Source of the DNA: Raillietiella orientalis
Taxonomy: Eukaryota
NCBI GenBank assembly: GCA_036172245.1
Contig: JAYWIR010000013.1
Location: forward strand, 4,154,001 to 4,218,000
Length of the DNA: 64,000 nucleotides
Reading direction: 5' to 3'
The first letter of the stretch is position 1. Every line of letters begins with the position of its first letter. A program made the translations under genes and the position numbers. Shown piece after piece: positions 1-13,599 of this stretch. Under the pieces are notes generated by a model. That model saw only the letters and a program-made list of their open reading frames with translations, had not been told where the DNA came from and did not search any database.

Positions 1-130
1 TCCCTCCGGAGAGAATAAGCTAGGAGATTCCTTTCGAGGTTCCCGGGCGTGACAGGAACGGACTCTCTTTCCCGGAGCCCTTCCTGGATTCAAAGGTGGT
101 CACCATCCGGGGTAGCTGCCACCTTGAAGA
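1..130 (+). repeat. Partial 3' body of tRNA-headed SINE-like family (cut by window edge)
   Basis: tcc(c)tccggagagaataag...ccttcctggattcaaagg is shared with 12507-12650 and, inverted, with 28128-28265. Confidence 0.7.
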
Positions 131-2049
131 GTCAACACGCACCCTCGGGTGGCGTAGAATAGCGTCAAAGAGCTGCGGGGGGCGTCGCCAGGGACGCGAC
201 GGTTCTTGAGGATCTTGGAGAACCAAAAAAAAGCTGAAAGGGAAACAGGGAAGACAGAAAAGAACCCCAGAGGGATTTTCCATCTGGGTGCAGAGCGCGC
301 GCGCGCGGGCTGCGATGCAGCAGTGCTGTCGTGCGTGCACGCAGCGCTCGTAAAGAAGTAACATCCCCCATACGAAGCCAGACTCGAGTGCACGTTATGA
401 TCGATTGTGGCTCTTTCTGTGAGTGCGTTTGTTCAGATTATGTATCCCACGTCAAGAGAGACGCACCTGCTTCCCTTCAGATGCCCTGCGGGACAGCTGC
501 CATGTGGAAGAAGAAATGCAGGTGTACTTCGGAGACCAGAGTCAAGAGAGAAACGGAGCAAGCCCAAACTTGTTCATCGCAGTCAGGAAGCAGTCAGAAA
601 CAGTCGAGGAAGCTGCGGAATCTGAAAATCCATTAAGTTTAGCAGGAGATGGAAACAGCTCATGAAGATGTGCCCCTGGCACTGGCTGCAGAACTCATGT
701 CATTCGAGATGGCATGACGAAAGACGAAGCACGAGTCTGCTAAAAATCAGAGCAAGTCATTCTCTATCTGATTATCACGAACACTCTTGGCATCCTGCTG
801 AAAGGTGAGTAAGACGTGGAGAGAAGGGGAGGCGGATACGCTTGGACAAACGCAAGCGTGGTCACGAGTGAAGTTTTGCTCCACACGAAGGGTCCAGGTG
901 GCCGGACGGAAAGAGTTTCCACCACGTGCGAAACTCGTGGACGCTGCTCCCGGATGCAGCAGGTACAGCGGGAAGCACTGGATCGCAGCTTCCCTGCACC
1001 AAAACCCATGTGGCTCTGGTCCGTGCTTCCGCAAGCGTGTTCCGCCTTTTTCCTAATCAGATCTTCAGGGAAAACGGAGCAAAAGAAGGAGAGCTGGAGA
1101 AGAGAGGTACGAAGCCTTTGCGAAGGAGAGGAATCGGATCAGCGAAACAGAGAGACTTTGGCCGACGCCTTGTTTTCTTTTGCAGCATAAGCGAGTGAGG
1201 TCAGCTCGTCGCCTACGACCCGTGACGGCGTTGCCTCCTTCGAACGGAAGACGACGAAGACATCAACAGATGATTCTCAAACGATTGCTTGTACTGGGGC
1301 GAAATGCAGGAAGCAAAGTGGCAGTGCGTGCCACTCACTCACGGTGTCGAGATCTGTGGACGAAGATCCATGCAATCATCCAGCTCCAAGTGACGATGCT
1401 CGCTCGTTCCGGTATCCTGGGCGAAAACTGACCATGAAAGAGGTTCTGAAGGAAACCGGCGCTTGTTCAGAATCGCCGGAGGAATTTTTCGTCGCGTTCT
1501 TCCATGACAACGGAAGCCTTGGAGTGTTCCCGAAGCAACAGCCGCATCCTGCTTCCCTTGGACTTCGGCGTCTCTTCCAGCACTTTTCCGAAGCCTTAAC
1601 TGTTCCCTTATCCCAACCTTGCTGGGTCTGCTGACAACCTCGACATCTCTCTCCCCTTCGCTCCATATGAGTCGCCAATTTAAGCGGCATAAGTCTTGCG
1701 GCAGAGGAAGATGAGAGGGAGATTTTCGAAGCCACTCTTTCCTACCAGCAAGTGAGGATGGCTTCGAAAACCTGAAAACACAAGGAGACACACCTGGAAG
1801 TAGTGTTGGTTGATTGGAGCCCCACGCGAACCCTGTGTTGTTTCCCGGCTTTCGTCCAGACTCAGAATTTCAAGTATCGAAAGGGATGCTCGTTGGGACA
1901 GCGTCCACTCTTCCGTCGAATCTTCTTCATGCAAACTGATTTCCATTTAAAGCCTTGAAGATTTCCGGGTTTTCAAAGTCTTCAAAGTGTACAACATGTT
2001 ACTCAGGTGTACGTGGTTTATTCAAATTTCTAAGACAGAATGGATGTCC

Positions 2050-3100
2050 GTGGGATTTTGCTATGGGTAGCCCGCTAGCAGCTGTTCATCTTGGCCGATA
2101 AACCAGGATGTGTCTTCAGCACGCATCTTGGATGTGCCACATGTTGTTTCCCATCATTCTCTTCGTATTTGCTGCCTAGAAAGCACCTCTCATCCGGTCT
2201 TCTGGGTCAGTCTGTACATCATGCTTCCCAAGTAGTCTTCCAGTTCATGCATCTCTTAATTATTAATGATCTCACATCAACAACTTGTTCAATAGTATTC
2301 TGAAAAATATTGACTTCTTGTTTGTTTTGCTCTTTTCAATTCTCCAGATGCCTCAGGAGAGAATGGCCCCTGCCCTTGGTTAACGCGAATCCCCTTTGGA
2401 ATCAAAACTTAGCTGGCTTATTTATCAGATCATTAGATTCCTCAGCGAGGAGAAGCAGCTGAAATTGATCCCCGTGGTGTCATGAGTTTGTTTGGTCTCC
2501 TTGAAGGATTATTATGAAAAGGATTGCTTCTTGGAATAGGCAGGATATGCGGACTAAGGAGGGGTTGAGGAAACCATGTCGACGATGATGGGAATGGTGT
2601 GAAGAGTGCTCTGTGGAAATGAAAATCTATAATTGGCGTTCGGCAGAAGTAGGAAGGCCGAAGAGGATGCTTTGGTAAAATAATGCTTTCCTGCGGCTTG
2701 TGAAGCTCTCAGCTGCTGCAAAGGGCACACTGGCCATAGAAGCAATTCAGAGCTTGCCCGCGTTGAGACAAGGCTTTCAGAGTGATGTAGGGGGACGGAT
2801 CTGTGTTCCTCCTCGGTTTGGTACCGAGGTCCGTGGTTTTTGATGGGTATGAGTGTTTAGCATGAAGGCATGGATTTTATTGGGGTTGGAAGAGTTAACG
2901 ACATCGTTTAGTGTTCAATATGCTGCTCCGATTCCAGTCTCCAGTTTATAAGATGCAGTCATGATGTCATGCCGCTCTCCTTCTAGGGATAATGCTAAAA
3001 CGATGTGGCACAGTTTTACGAGTTGATTGGATCAGCAGAATGGTTCATCTTGGCAAGAATCCTAAGGTAGTTTGAAAATCTATGTTTATGTTTTGTGTCG
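2050..3100 (-). mobile_element. Decayed non-LTR retrotransposon RT fragment (L1/Tx1-like)
   Basis: Minus strand gives TLIPIK...RSVPL (cf. TLIPK...RPISL) followed by RT-like remnants; many stops and frameshifts. Confidence 0.45.
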
Positions 3101-3929
3101 TAGCAACGACGGCAGTGTGAATGTCCATGGTTCCACCTAATGCATTAGCATTATCAGTTATTTGAGTCTCCATTCAAATCACTCCGTAGTCTCTGAAGCA
3201 AAGAGCACGAGTGCACCTCAGTTGTCTAAGTTCCTTGGAGTCTCAAGTAGGTCTCCGGGTCCCTCATGAGTTTCGGCACAGGAAGGAAGGGAGACCGCGA
3301 ACCCGCCATCTGTACAGGAAGAACGAAAATGGCGAAACAAATTATGCAAAGACCTTGCCGAAAAGGCTATCAATTTTCTTTCCTCACTTTACGCGGGGAA
3401 ACTCAGCTCACGTTGTGGTTCATCCGCCGAAGAAGTTGGCAGAGGACGACGGCAAGCCGGTGGAGGCTGCGCGTCTTGACATGACGGCAAGTCTTAAGGC
3501 TAGAGGGCTCCGGTCAAATTGTGATGGGTCAAATTGATCCTCAGTCCTGAACTATTTCAGAGCACGGAGCAGAAGCTGCATCGCTCTATTCAGGTGAGAG
3601 TAAGTGACTCAGTACCACAGTCAAGTAGTTTTATTCAAAATTTGTTAATGATGCTAACGGGAGATACAACTGCATGACTAAGGAACTTCCCACCATCTTC
3701 TTTGCTTGTCCCTTCCCTTCAACCCGCCCTGTGGCGTAGAAAGTTCTTCCGTCGCTGGTGATTTTTCACCCGAGTTCGCTATGAAGTTTATTTGAAATGG
3801 AATCAACATTTACGATTTTTGCGGTCGGTCCAACCGCATCCTTTCCGCAGATACCCTGCCGTGTTACCGGTTCGCAGACTGGCGAGGACCACCACGACAG
3901 CAGAGCAGAGGAGCCAAACAAAAAGAAAA

Positions 3930-4620
3930 ATAAACAAAACATAAATAAAACAATTTCAAGAGGTTACGGGGAAGGGATCGCAGCCTGCTGGGGGCGGTCC
4001 TCTGCATCCTGTGGAAGAGGCCGGCAAAGTCTTGTTTCATGTTACTATCCAGGTGGGGTCATCTGACCACTATCCGTAACAGCGGAGAGAGAAGTGGATG
4101 CAATCCCTGTCGTTGGCTCCTCCGTTGGCTTCTCTACACGCCGCCACGATCTCACGAAGGCAGCAAAGTGCTGCAGGGCTTCTCGCTCAAAGAGGAGCCG
4201 TATCACAACTCTGGCGTTGCCGCCGGGGTTCCAAGGGTCGCGGAAAAGCGTCCCCAAAGGAGCCGGAGAACAACACAGTCCTTTAGGGAGTGCGGAAGGG
4301 ATTCCATCGCGGGTGGTATTCGCCGCTTCCGGTACGCATCCTGGAACGATTTTCTATCCAGCCCTTGCAAGATGCGCTGTAGCGCCGAATGCGGATTCCG
4401 CGACCTGCCTAGAGGGGAGGGGAGCTTTCCTCAGTCTTCGAGGTTTTCCCAAGCAGCTCCTTACCTATCATCTTTCAGTGAGGCTGGAGGATTCCAGACG
4501 GCGGCCCGTACAACGCCTGCAGCGGATCGGGCGGGAGTCCTGAAAGTTGCCCACTTTTTTCTCTGGCTGCTGACTCACTTTTGTGGAGTCTTCAGCTCCT
4601 TAGGGGTTATCTGTCTTCGC
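3930..4620 (-). mobile_element. 3' end of non-LTR retrotransposon (zinc-knuckle C-terminus plus 3' UTR), family X
   Basis: Minus strand MESLPHSLKDC (knuckle remnant). The cc(t)aggtgggg(t/c)catct motif and T-rich tail are shared with 26350-27030 and 56110-57130. Confidence 0.6.
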
Positions 4621-7600
4621 CGTGCGGAGCTCACGCTCCGTAAGATCTTCACACAAGCACACTCACGGAAGCGGGCGCGCTCCCCCTCTAGGGAAGAAGG
4701 CCAGATGCCCAGCTCCAGTGCTTGCCGTCCTTCCTTTCCCTGGCATCTTCCGAGACCGTCGGCTGGTTTCCGCAGCGATGGATTAGGTGGAGTGCGGTGA
4801 TCCGACCTTCGCTCAGGAGCACCAGGCAGTCCGGCGGATGTCTCGATTGAAGACGAGCAGCCTCCTCCATTGGCCTGCCGTCATCCTCTTGATCCCGCCG
4901 ACCGAATCGCCGAAGCCCACGTGGTTGCGTACGAGCTGCAGGTACACAGACTGAGGATGTGCCGCAGAGGTGCTCTCCTAGTCGCATACTTCCTGCTCCT
5001 TGGCAACGTGCCACTCGTTCAGCATCCCGTCATCTTTCAAAACCGATGAGCTTCCGGAGATCGCTCCTACGGCGACTGCTTTTCCTTGGTGGCGAAACGG
5101 AAAGCCGATGCCCAGCAGCTGCTCTCCTCCTTCTGTGTCGCCCCTGCCGACGCTGTTGATGGATGCTGGTGCGGGCAAGAGACGTCCGGCTCTACTGCCA
5201 GCCCTTCGCTCCGGAGCAGACAGCTCTGGGTTTAGCTGCGAATCCGTCTCCGGAACAAGTGCTGACTGGAGGCCACCGCCTCCCACTGCTTCACGGTGGC
5301 CTTCTCGACCTGGGTCACCATGTCGTCGTGCCTAATTGTAGTCTGGCTTGTGATCATGTCACTCGAGGATTTATTCAAATTAAAGAAACATGCGTTAACT
5401 TGCCTTCGGGGCGCGTTTTGTGGAACGCTGATGCAGTGGTCACTCGTTGAAGAAATAAGCGCTCATTTAAGATTTAAAACAGTGTGTTTAAAGGGCCACG
5501 TGCACCGCGAGGCACGCAATCGACTCTGAGGTACTTGGCGAACCAAAAAATAAAAAGGATTGTGGGGAATGAGGGGATGAAAAGAAATATACATATCTAT
5601 ATAGAGTGATTATGGGGAAACACAGAGCACAAACGATTCTGGTCTCCGGGAGAAGATCTGAAGGCAGAGGGAAAGGAGTGTCACCGGGCTGCTGTCCTGC
5701 GTTTTTGTTGCAGTCTGACTGCGATGCTGCCTGTCGTCTTCCTCAATTTCCCATCGAGGATGCGAACATTTTGCTAGCCTCCCCTTCGTGAAGAAGATGC
5801 GACGGAGAGCCATCCTTCTCTGTTGCAGCTCTTTGTTGCTCTCCTGAGCGGTGGTTGCTGCAAGGGGTGAAGCACTGGATGACCGGCACGCTCATTGTTC
5901 AAAGTCCTTGAAGCCGAAGAGAGCCCTCAGGGTGCAAGGGAGACCTCCGCTCCTAAGGCTGGCTGGTGCGCGTTGCCGCCCACTACGGCGGAATTCGCAG
6001 TCCAGCAGCAGCTTTTAGGAAGATCCCGTAGCTTTGCATTGGATACGGTTCAGGATCGCGCTTTTCCTACTCGTGCGGTGGCAGCGTTGGTTCCACGAGA
6101 AACCCCAGTGCAAGAAGAATGACACCGGGTACTGCAGCAAGAGGAAGAGCACTGAGCTGTCTAGGAGAAGAACAGATGACTGTTTTTTTCATCTGAAAGA
6201 TACCATGAGCGTCTGCACTCCAGAGCAGTTCTTGGACGGATGCAAGCTGCCTCTGAGTTCGAGTGCTTCCACTCCGACCACCCCCTGAAGAGTGCTTGTA
6301 CTCTTGCTAAGGCTTTGAAAACCTCCCACGACCTGGTTGGTAACGGAGATGACGCTCTTTTAGGGAGAGCATCGCTGCTGCTAGGGAGGTTGTATGTGCT
6401 CACTTCTTTGGGCATTTTCTGGAAAGACGCCATCTCAGTGCTCTGAATGGGACGAACCTGTGGGCTGGTCTGCGAGGTCAGCGCACAGCCTCCTGTGTCC
6501 GCGTGTTCTAGTTCACAGGAAGGCAGAAAATCTGTGCTCTTCTGCAGCTTGAAATCCGTGTCCTTAGGGGTTAAATTCTTAGCCTTTCAACCTGTTGCCG
6601 TTTCAGAGAATGAATCCCCACCCCCCTTCCCCTCGCAGCCGACAGGGTTGTGCACAGGAACGCACCAGTGACCGTTTCACTGGCAGGTCCATTTGGGAAG
6701 GCATGCGTAGAGGTGGCCTCCGAAAGTGGACCAGCATTTCCAGCTTTTCCAGTGTCGCCACGTCGAGACTGGAATCACAATGCGCGGGCAATGGGGCCTT
6801 GAGGCTTACTCGTAGCGTTGCCGTGCCTTTTCGAAGTTCCTCTGCTCTCTTTTTTTCTCCCCTCGTGTGGCGGGAGCAAGCAGTAAGCAGGAATCGGTGG
6901 GGCCAGGCAACGAAGTCGCTTCACATGGAGGCTGGTTCGGACAAAAGAAAGGTGGCCGCCCTCCAGCGCTCTCCACGCCCTCCTCACCTTCTGGAAGGGG
7001 GCAACCAGGCCACGCTCCTGCAACGCAGCAGGAGCGTGCAGCAAGACAAAGAACACGCCGGGGAGTTTGTTTTCCTGAGAAAAAGGAGAAACAAACAGGC
7101 CGTGTGGATTAGTAAGTCCACATGGGTCTGTGAGAAATTCAGGGAAGGAAAATGAAAAAGGAAGAAGAAAACCACTGACTTGCAGACCGGCTGGGAAGGG
7201 ACACTGAATAAATAAGTAAATAAAAGGGGAGAGGGGAAAGCAAAGGGATCTTCTGAAAGGAGTGCGCGAGACGCAGGTGGCGTCCTCCATCCCTCTGGCA
7301 TCCTCCGCAGTCCACTTTGCCACATTTCTCACTACGGAGAAGCGGAGGAGGCGTGTGGTCCTCTTTTCTTAATGGCGCGTGCTTTGACATGGGTCCCGTG
7401 ACAGTGGTCCCGTGTAGTCAGCCAACTCGGTGGCTCGTCTCTCCGGCTACGGAGCTCGAGAGCACCCACTCTGCAGGCTGGGAACTGTTGCTTATCTTCA
7501 GTAGATAGGAAGGCACTACGGCTAAGTGGGAGGCGACAGTGGCTCAGGCCCACTTCTTCTATTCATTTTCGACCTCCTCCAGGAAGACCACCCCAGCCCG

Positions 7601-7699
7601 TGGGTGGCCTTATCAAGGCTGCATCTCAGGGCGCGCGATACCGACCCGGGAGCCTACTGCTTCCTGCCGCAGAGAGTTGTGGGTGTCAGGGCGGCAGGA

Positions 7700-8690
7700 G
7701 ATCCATTGATGCTTTGCGTATAGGGCAGCGATGGGACCCAAGCGCCCTCATGCGGTCCTCAGGCCAAAAACGAATGCACTTCCTCGCAGCCGACCCCGCG
7801 CCACAGAATTTCGTGCTCAAGAAGACAAGAATGCCGCATCGAGTTGTCGGTCATCACCCTAAACAGTAGCTCCATCTTCTTAGGCTCGAGGATTTCGAGT
7901 CCTGAATCTCTTCGTGGAGCAATCTGGTCTTTGAGGGAAACCTCATTTACCGAAGGTAATATCCTCGGAGATCCTCGAGTGGATGCAACCTAACCGCTCG
8001 GTCCACACCACTTGGACGATTTAGAAGGGTTCTTTCTGAAGCAATGTGCCTCCGAGCGCTGCAGCTGGAAGGAGACAGTGGGAGATCTGGGAGACCACCA
8101 GTGATCATCCAAGGACATGACAAGATTGCCAAGAGCACAATCACGATCTGGTTACTGACCCACCTGCTGAAGATGTGAGCTGGGGATTCTCGTCTTTCGC
8201 GCCTCCCGCATTGGACATCAGCATTGGATATCAGTGGTGAGAGATGCTCGCACAAACGGGAGACTGAGCAGCACCTCATGAATGAACCTGAGTACCAAGA
8301 CTGTTCGCCGTTTTACGGAAAAGTGCCCTGAGGCCCGATGCCGCCCAGTCGCAGAGTATGTTATTTCTCTCCTGATCGGCTTGCAATCCCATATGTCCAT
8401 GCTGTCCTGCGCCGAATTGTCCAAAGCCTGCCAACGTCGGGACTGAGTCCATTATGAGGGTCCGAGCGCGTTTTCTGTAGACAGCAAAGATGATGATGAC
8501 AGAGTGTGGCCACTCTTCATGCCATCGAGTATGAGGCTGCCCAAGAGCCATTCGCGGTTTAGTCAGCTCATCATGAAGTCCGAGGACTCAAGATTCTGCT
8601 GACAGGATCTTGTTCTCATCACTGGAGCGACTGGACATGCAAGGTGCTCAGCCAGATGGCCCAATAGAGGTCATGAATGTTCTGTAAGAA
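7700..8690 (-). mobile_element. C-terminal remnant of restriction-like-endonuclease non-LTR element (R2/NeSL/Utopia-like)
   Basis: Minus strand ...EVLLSLP...DVQCGRRERRESPAHIFSR (cf. CRxC..ETxxHIL) followed by degenerate RLE-like sequence; frameshifted. Confidence 0.5.
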
Positions 8691-9129
8691 TTTTCAGGTT
8701 GCGATTGTGCCTTGCTCGTGGATCAGCTCTTTGGGTGCTGAAGAAAACTGTCGGCGTGCGCTGTGGACGCCCATATGTGTTCGGCGCGGACTATGGACTC
8801 ACATACGCGTTTGGCAAACGATCTTGACCTTGCACGCGCGACATAAGTTGATCAGTGGTTGGGATGGACATTCTCATGATTCCCTTAGCAAGGACAGTAG
8901 TCGAAAATTCTCTTTATATCCACTCGCTGTCCTCGGTTTTTCTAGGTGTCGTGTAGAATTGATTATGTCGTTTTTTCATCTTTGTGATATATTAAAAATG
9001 TGGATGGATTATTGATTTATCCGATTTTCAAATAAACATGTGCTTGGGAAAAATGAAAATATTTTATTTGATGGGGTGTAAACAAGCAATTACAATAGTA
9101 ACTTCAATCAGCACTTTATAAAGTCAATT

Positions 9130-9405
9130 GGTACTTTGATCGAGTGCGTGGCATGCGAAAAATCATTCCGTCGACAGAGATCGCGTGCCGTCATCGCGGA
9201 ACGTTTAAATCTGATGAGCTCCGCACCCAAAGGGTTAACCCCCCATCCACGAATATTCTCGTTCTCTCAAGATGCGAGGCTTCTTTCTCTCCACGGTAGA
9301 AGGACAAGAGCAGTGGCACGTGGCACCGTTCTCATGTGCCCTCGTCCCCATCTTCCTCTCAGCGGATGCTCCATGAGATGCTGGAAGCACAGTAGATTGC
9401 CTTGA
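9130..9405 (+). pseudogene. Decayed C2H2 zinc-finger gene fragment
   Basis: ECVACEKSFRRQ...FSFSQDARL...MCPRP: finger spacing kept, many Cys/His ligands lost. Confidence 0.4.
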
Positions 9406-9649
9406 GTCTGCGTTCTCCCTAAATTTGATCCCCAAACGACCATCGCGCCCGAGCGCACATTAGCATTCTGCTTTCCCCTTTAACGCAATTCTTTACTTCC
9501 GATTTCCATTGCAGATCTCGAGGTTCCTAGGTGGAATTCCACAGTCTATCAAAAAAAAACTAGAAGACCGTCCGAGATTCAGAACACGTGGATTCCCAGC
9601 GACGCCAACAGGAGCGAGCACAGTTTCGGATACGCTATTCCTTTTCAAG

Positions 9650-10250
9650 GATGTTCCCCCCCCCCCTCATCTCCCTTTGTGAAATGATGTGCCTTCTCTT
9701 CAAAACACTCGAAAGATTCTGCATCTTCCTCTGACGCTTGCCCGTTTGTTTGGATCCAGGGAGTAGGGGATGCTCGTTGGCATCCGAATTTGGCTGCTGC
9801 TGCATCCGAAATGCATCCGAATGGTCTTCTTCGCGTCCGAACGACTGAGTTCTGTTGATTTATGCCGTCGTTTATTCCTTGGAAAGGACACACTCGCTCC
9901 TGTTGCATAGGAGAACCTTTCCTTCGGTACGTCTTGCACTTTAGGCGTTGAGCACCTACTCCGACGGAATACATACTTTGGGTCTTTTCTGGTTTTAGCG
10001 CACAGGGATCCTGTTTCTTCCCGCTGCCAGCTCAAGCCGTTCGAGAGATAGGTGATTTTCAACCTCTTGAACGTGTCCCGTGAGTGCAAATCATTCTGCA
10101 AGCGTAAAAGACTTCCACGGTCAACGGGAGTAGCAGAAATTCCGTGTGCACGCATACACTCCCATAAATGAGCGAACGGAAACTGAGAAATAAAGAGTCC
10201 TCGAGGCTGCAACTATCCAGGAACTCCCGAGAGCTCCGCCACCAGCAGGC
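9650..10250 (-). pseudogene. Decayed C2H2 zinc-finger gene fragment
   Basis: RTRRRPFGCISD...KFG...ESFECFEE (cf. HTGERPFxC linker) and FYACRMIC in a different frame. Confidence 0.35.
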
Positions 10251-10273
10251 GTTGGGATGTCGGCTTCTGATGG

Positions 10274-10310
10274 CGTATGGAACTGCGTGGTTACCACGCA
10301 GTTCCATACG
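10274..10310. repeat. Perfect palindrome, 18-bp arms with 1-nt centre
   Basis: cgtatggaactgcgtggt-t-accacgcagttccatacg; extends with gatgg/ccatc after a 1-nt bulge. The ORF track reads WNCVVTTQFHT on both strands. Confidence 0.95.
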
Positions 10311-10849
10311 GCCATCTTCTTAGCACGCTGTGGTCCCATTTGCGCTCGCTCGAATCAGCACGCCTTGGGTACTGCTACTAGCAGGAGCTCTCTAGAAGTT
10401 GCGTTCCTGAGGAGCACATCCTTTTTCTTTTTTTTTCCATCATCCTTTTCAACTTCTCCTTAATAATCCTTGCCAGTTCTGGGCTCCGTGGGCAGCGCTG
10501 GTTCAAAAACACATGCGCCTGTTCCTCTTTCCTCTCGAAAGATGCTAAGGGTTTGCCTGCGTGGACCACTCGGGACGGTGGATGCGGAAGCGTGCAGTCG
10601 CCGGCGGCTTTCCTTGTGCCGATTCGGGGTTTCCTGGAGAAGACGCGATTCTCGCATTGGTGCTCGGCCTTGGCAGAGCCGCTGACCTTGCAGCCGGTGA
10701 AACGGAATCTCCGAACGATGTTTGCCCCTTCTCGAACATGAAATCCGAACGGACTACCACAGGAATTCGCTGCCTTCTACTGTGGTACCACTCTCGTGTG
10801 TTAACCTACTGATATCCTTCACTAAGTGTTTCCCCAGAAGGCACCAAAG

Positions 10850-11700
10850 TTGGAATTCTTAATTTGAGTCCATCTCACCAACAAAGCTGTTCTTGTATTT
10901 CAAGGCTTCAAGCATCCGCGGTGTGGCCCTCCAGCATCACTCCGAGAAGAATAAACATCGCTGCAAGCGAACTTGAAAGGATGACTTGCTGGTGAAGAAT
11001 CCTTTCTTTAGATTCGGAAAAATAAGCCTTGACTTTCTTCTCTGGATGCAAATAAGAAGAGACGTGATCCTGTTTCTTGAACTTCGACCATCTCTATGGA
11101 ACATGTGGAATATCGAATTCATCACGAAATTAATTGATACATCCCGCTAGAATCTTTCTGGAGGCAGATCAACTAAGCTTCATTCTGATGTGAAATGGCT
11201 TTGTCGTGCGTGCCGTGAGACTGTGGAACATCGTGGTATTGAGAGCTTACTTTCCGTTTGATGAAGCGTGCATCCGGTTCAGATGATCCAAGTGGACTGT
11301 GATGCACGCTTTGGACCAAGCCTGTGTCTTCCCCAGACCAATTCTCTTCCAGGATTTCCACCCACTACTCTCATCGTGTCCAAACAGTTCCATTCGAATC
11401 CTCTTCTTATTCATCCGTTAACGATCAGGGATACCAAATTCGCGACTCCATAATGGAAACCCTCCACTGGCACTGGCATGAAACTATAGCAACCTTATGT
11501 TCTCAGCAGTGCAGGGCTCTGTTTCCCTTTGCTCTTCGTGTACCTATCGGAGAGTTTGGATTGAATAAAGGTGATGTGCGAGCCCACTGAAGAAACTATG
11601 AGAAACTTCACACGAAAACATCTTTGATTCCATGATGACGTTTCAAGTATGAGCGTTTCCTTCAAACTAAATGGCATTTTCGAAAAATTTCAGCTCCCTT
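10850..11700 (-). pseudogene. Decayed leucine-rich-repeat gene fragment
   Basis: Minus strand FHYGVANLVSLIVNG, SLVDLPPERF, SRNRITSL match LxxLxLxxNxI/LPxxxF periodicity. Confidence 0.45.
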
Positions 11701-12009
11701 CCACCGCAAGATTTCCTGGACGTACTTCTGGTTATGCGCGTTGCAAAGGTTCACTCCTGGGAAGGTGAGAAGCAGAAAACTATGCAACACTATTGGAACA
11801 GCAGACTGTCAGAGTCTTAGTGGAACTTTGCTGGTTCTTCGAGAACAGGAAAACAGACCAAGGGACTGGCCATGAGAAGCTGCGTGCTTTCTGAAACCCT
11901 GTAGGAAACCTGTCTCTGTATTTTCCCTTTGGAAAGATTGCAGACTCCCGTCATGATGAGCTTTTTCTTTTTGGTGCATCAGAAAGCTTCACCGTTACCA
12001 AGTGCCCGC

Positions 12010-12655
12010 GTCGGAGGTCGTGTGGTTAAGGTGGTCTCCGCGCGTGGCACCACCATGCATCGTGGGTTCGAATACTCCGAACTGAATCGACGCAGGGCGC
12101 CTCGTGGGTTCCGAGTTCACCCCACAAGGTGACGCTGGCTGGCCTACATTCATCCGGGTGCGGCACTGGTCGCGGTTCAAACCGCATGCCCCCCGTGAGG
12201 ACCGGCACAAATGGGAGTCTACCTCCGGGTGCTTCCAGGAATCAAGTTCCCCCTCCGGTTGTGAAGGAGAGGACCTCCCTTCCCGGGAGGACCCTCCGCG
12301 TCGTACTGATGGAGTAGGTGTGTCGCCAACACCCCTCCAGAGAGTGCAGAGAAGCGAGCCGATCCCTTCGGAGAAGCTGAGTCCTTCCGAGGAGTAAAAA
12401 CAGGAGCGGATCCCTTGCGGGGGATCCCTCCGGAGAAGAAATTCCAGGATCGGATCCTTTCCGGGTTCCCTTCAGAGAAGAAAGAATGGAGCGGACCCCC
12501 CCAGGGTCCTCCGGAGAGAATAAGGAAGAAGGGTTCCCTTCTGGATCCCCCTTAGGAGGCAACCAGGGTGGAGTTGATCTCCATTTCCGGCGATCCCTCC
12601 CCAGGCGTGAGAGGAACGACTCTTGAGTCCTTCCTGGATTCATAGGGCGGTACAT
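12010..12655 (+). mobile_element. tRNA-derived SINE-like element (most complete copy)
   Basis: Head has A-box-like ggtcgtgtggttaagg, B-box-like ggttcgaatac and gtcggag/ctccga acceptor-like pairing (12010-12082). The body is repeated at 1-130, 28128-28700 (inverted) and 39790-40040. Confidence 0.7.
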
Positions 12656-13599
12656 CGGTACTTCGTTTTTGGCATTAATTGAGCAAAGGAAAAGTACATC
12701 AGCTTTGAAACAACTCGTTCATCATTCCTGGTTGTTGTGCCTGAAGGAAATAAATGGTTCTTTTCTGCAAAGCACCAATTATTCATATTTTATTCTTCAA
12801 GATCCTCATGAAGCACTAAAAACAGGTTCTTCTTCTCCAGAGCAGTTGTGCGTTTAGAATTGAGCTAATGCCTCGAACAATCAGAAGGGCCTCATTGACC
12901 CACGGAATTCTGCTTTGAACTTGAGCATTTCCAGCCTTCTCTTGGCTGCAGTCATCCCGAAGCCATTCAAATAACAAGTGTGGAAAACGGGAACCAGCTG
13001 TGTGGGTGTGTCTTATCTGTTCCTCGGGGAATGGGGGGAAACTCACAGGAGAACCCCAACAAATTCCTGAAGACTTTGCAGACGCCGATTTCCCGGAAGC
13101 TCTGAGTTCTTTGCGTGGCCTCAAACGACCATCTCAAAGGAAGGCATCTCTGTGAGGCTGCGATGCCTTTGGAAGAACATAGGAAAATATGAATGCGACC
13201 AGAATGAGAACCGATGGCAAAGAATGAGATCATCTTGCAGAGAACAGTCAATTGAATTATGCATGCATAGTCCATGAAGCAGTTAGCTGATATGAGAGAC
13301 AAAGGAAAGGAAGAAAGTCTCAAATAACTCCAAAACTTATGAATAATTCATACTCTGATTTGAAACGAAGAAAGTTTTTCTTCGATCCAAAAGTTGCAGC
13401 ACGGAGCTGTGATGGCGTCCTTTCTTCCACGAGCTCATACTTCGGGCTGTTCGAGCAGACTTTCCGATGCTCGCGGCAGATGCATTCTTCTCGCGAAAGC
13501 GCGCGCACTCGCAGACCACACGATGACGCCGAGCGGAACACGCGATGAAGGCGAGAAACACTTTTCCCAGACAGACGTCACGTGCCTGTCGCAGGCGGC

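Noticed and set aside
12010..12082. Functional tRNA gene
   Set aside because: The anticodon arm is not well formed, there is no poly-T terminator, and it continues into a repeated body, so it is better explained as a SINE head.
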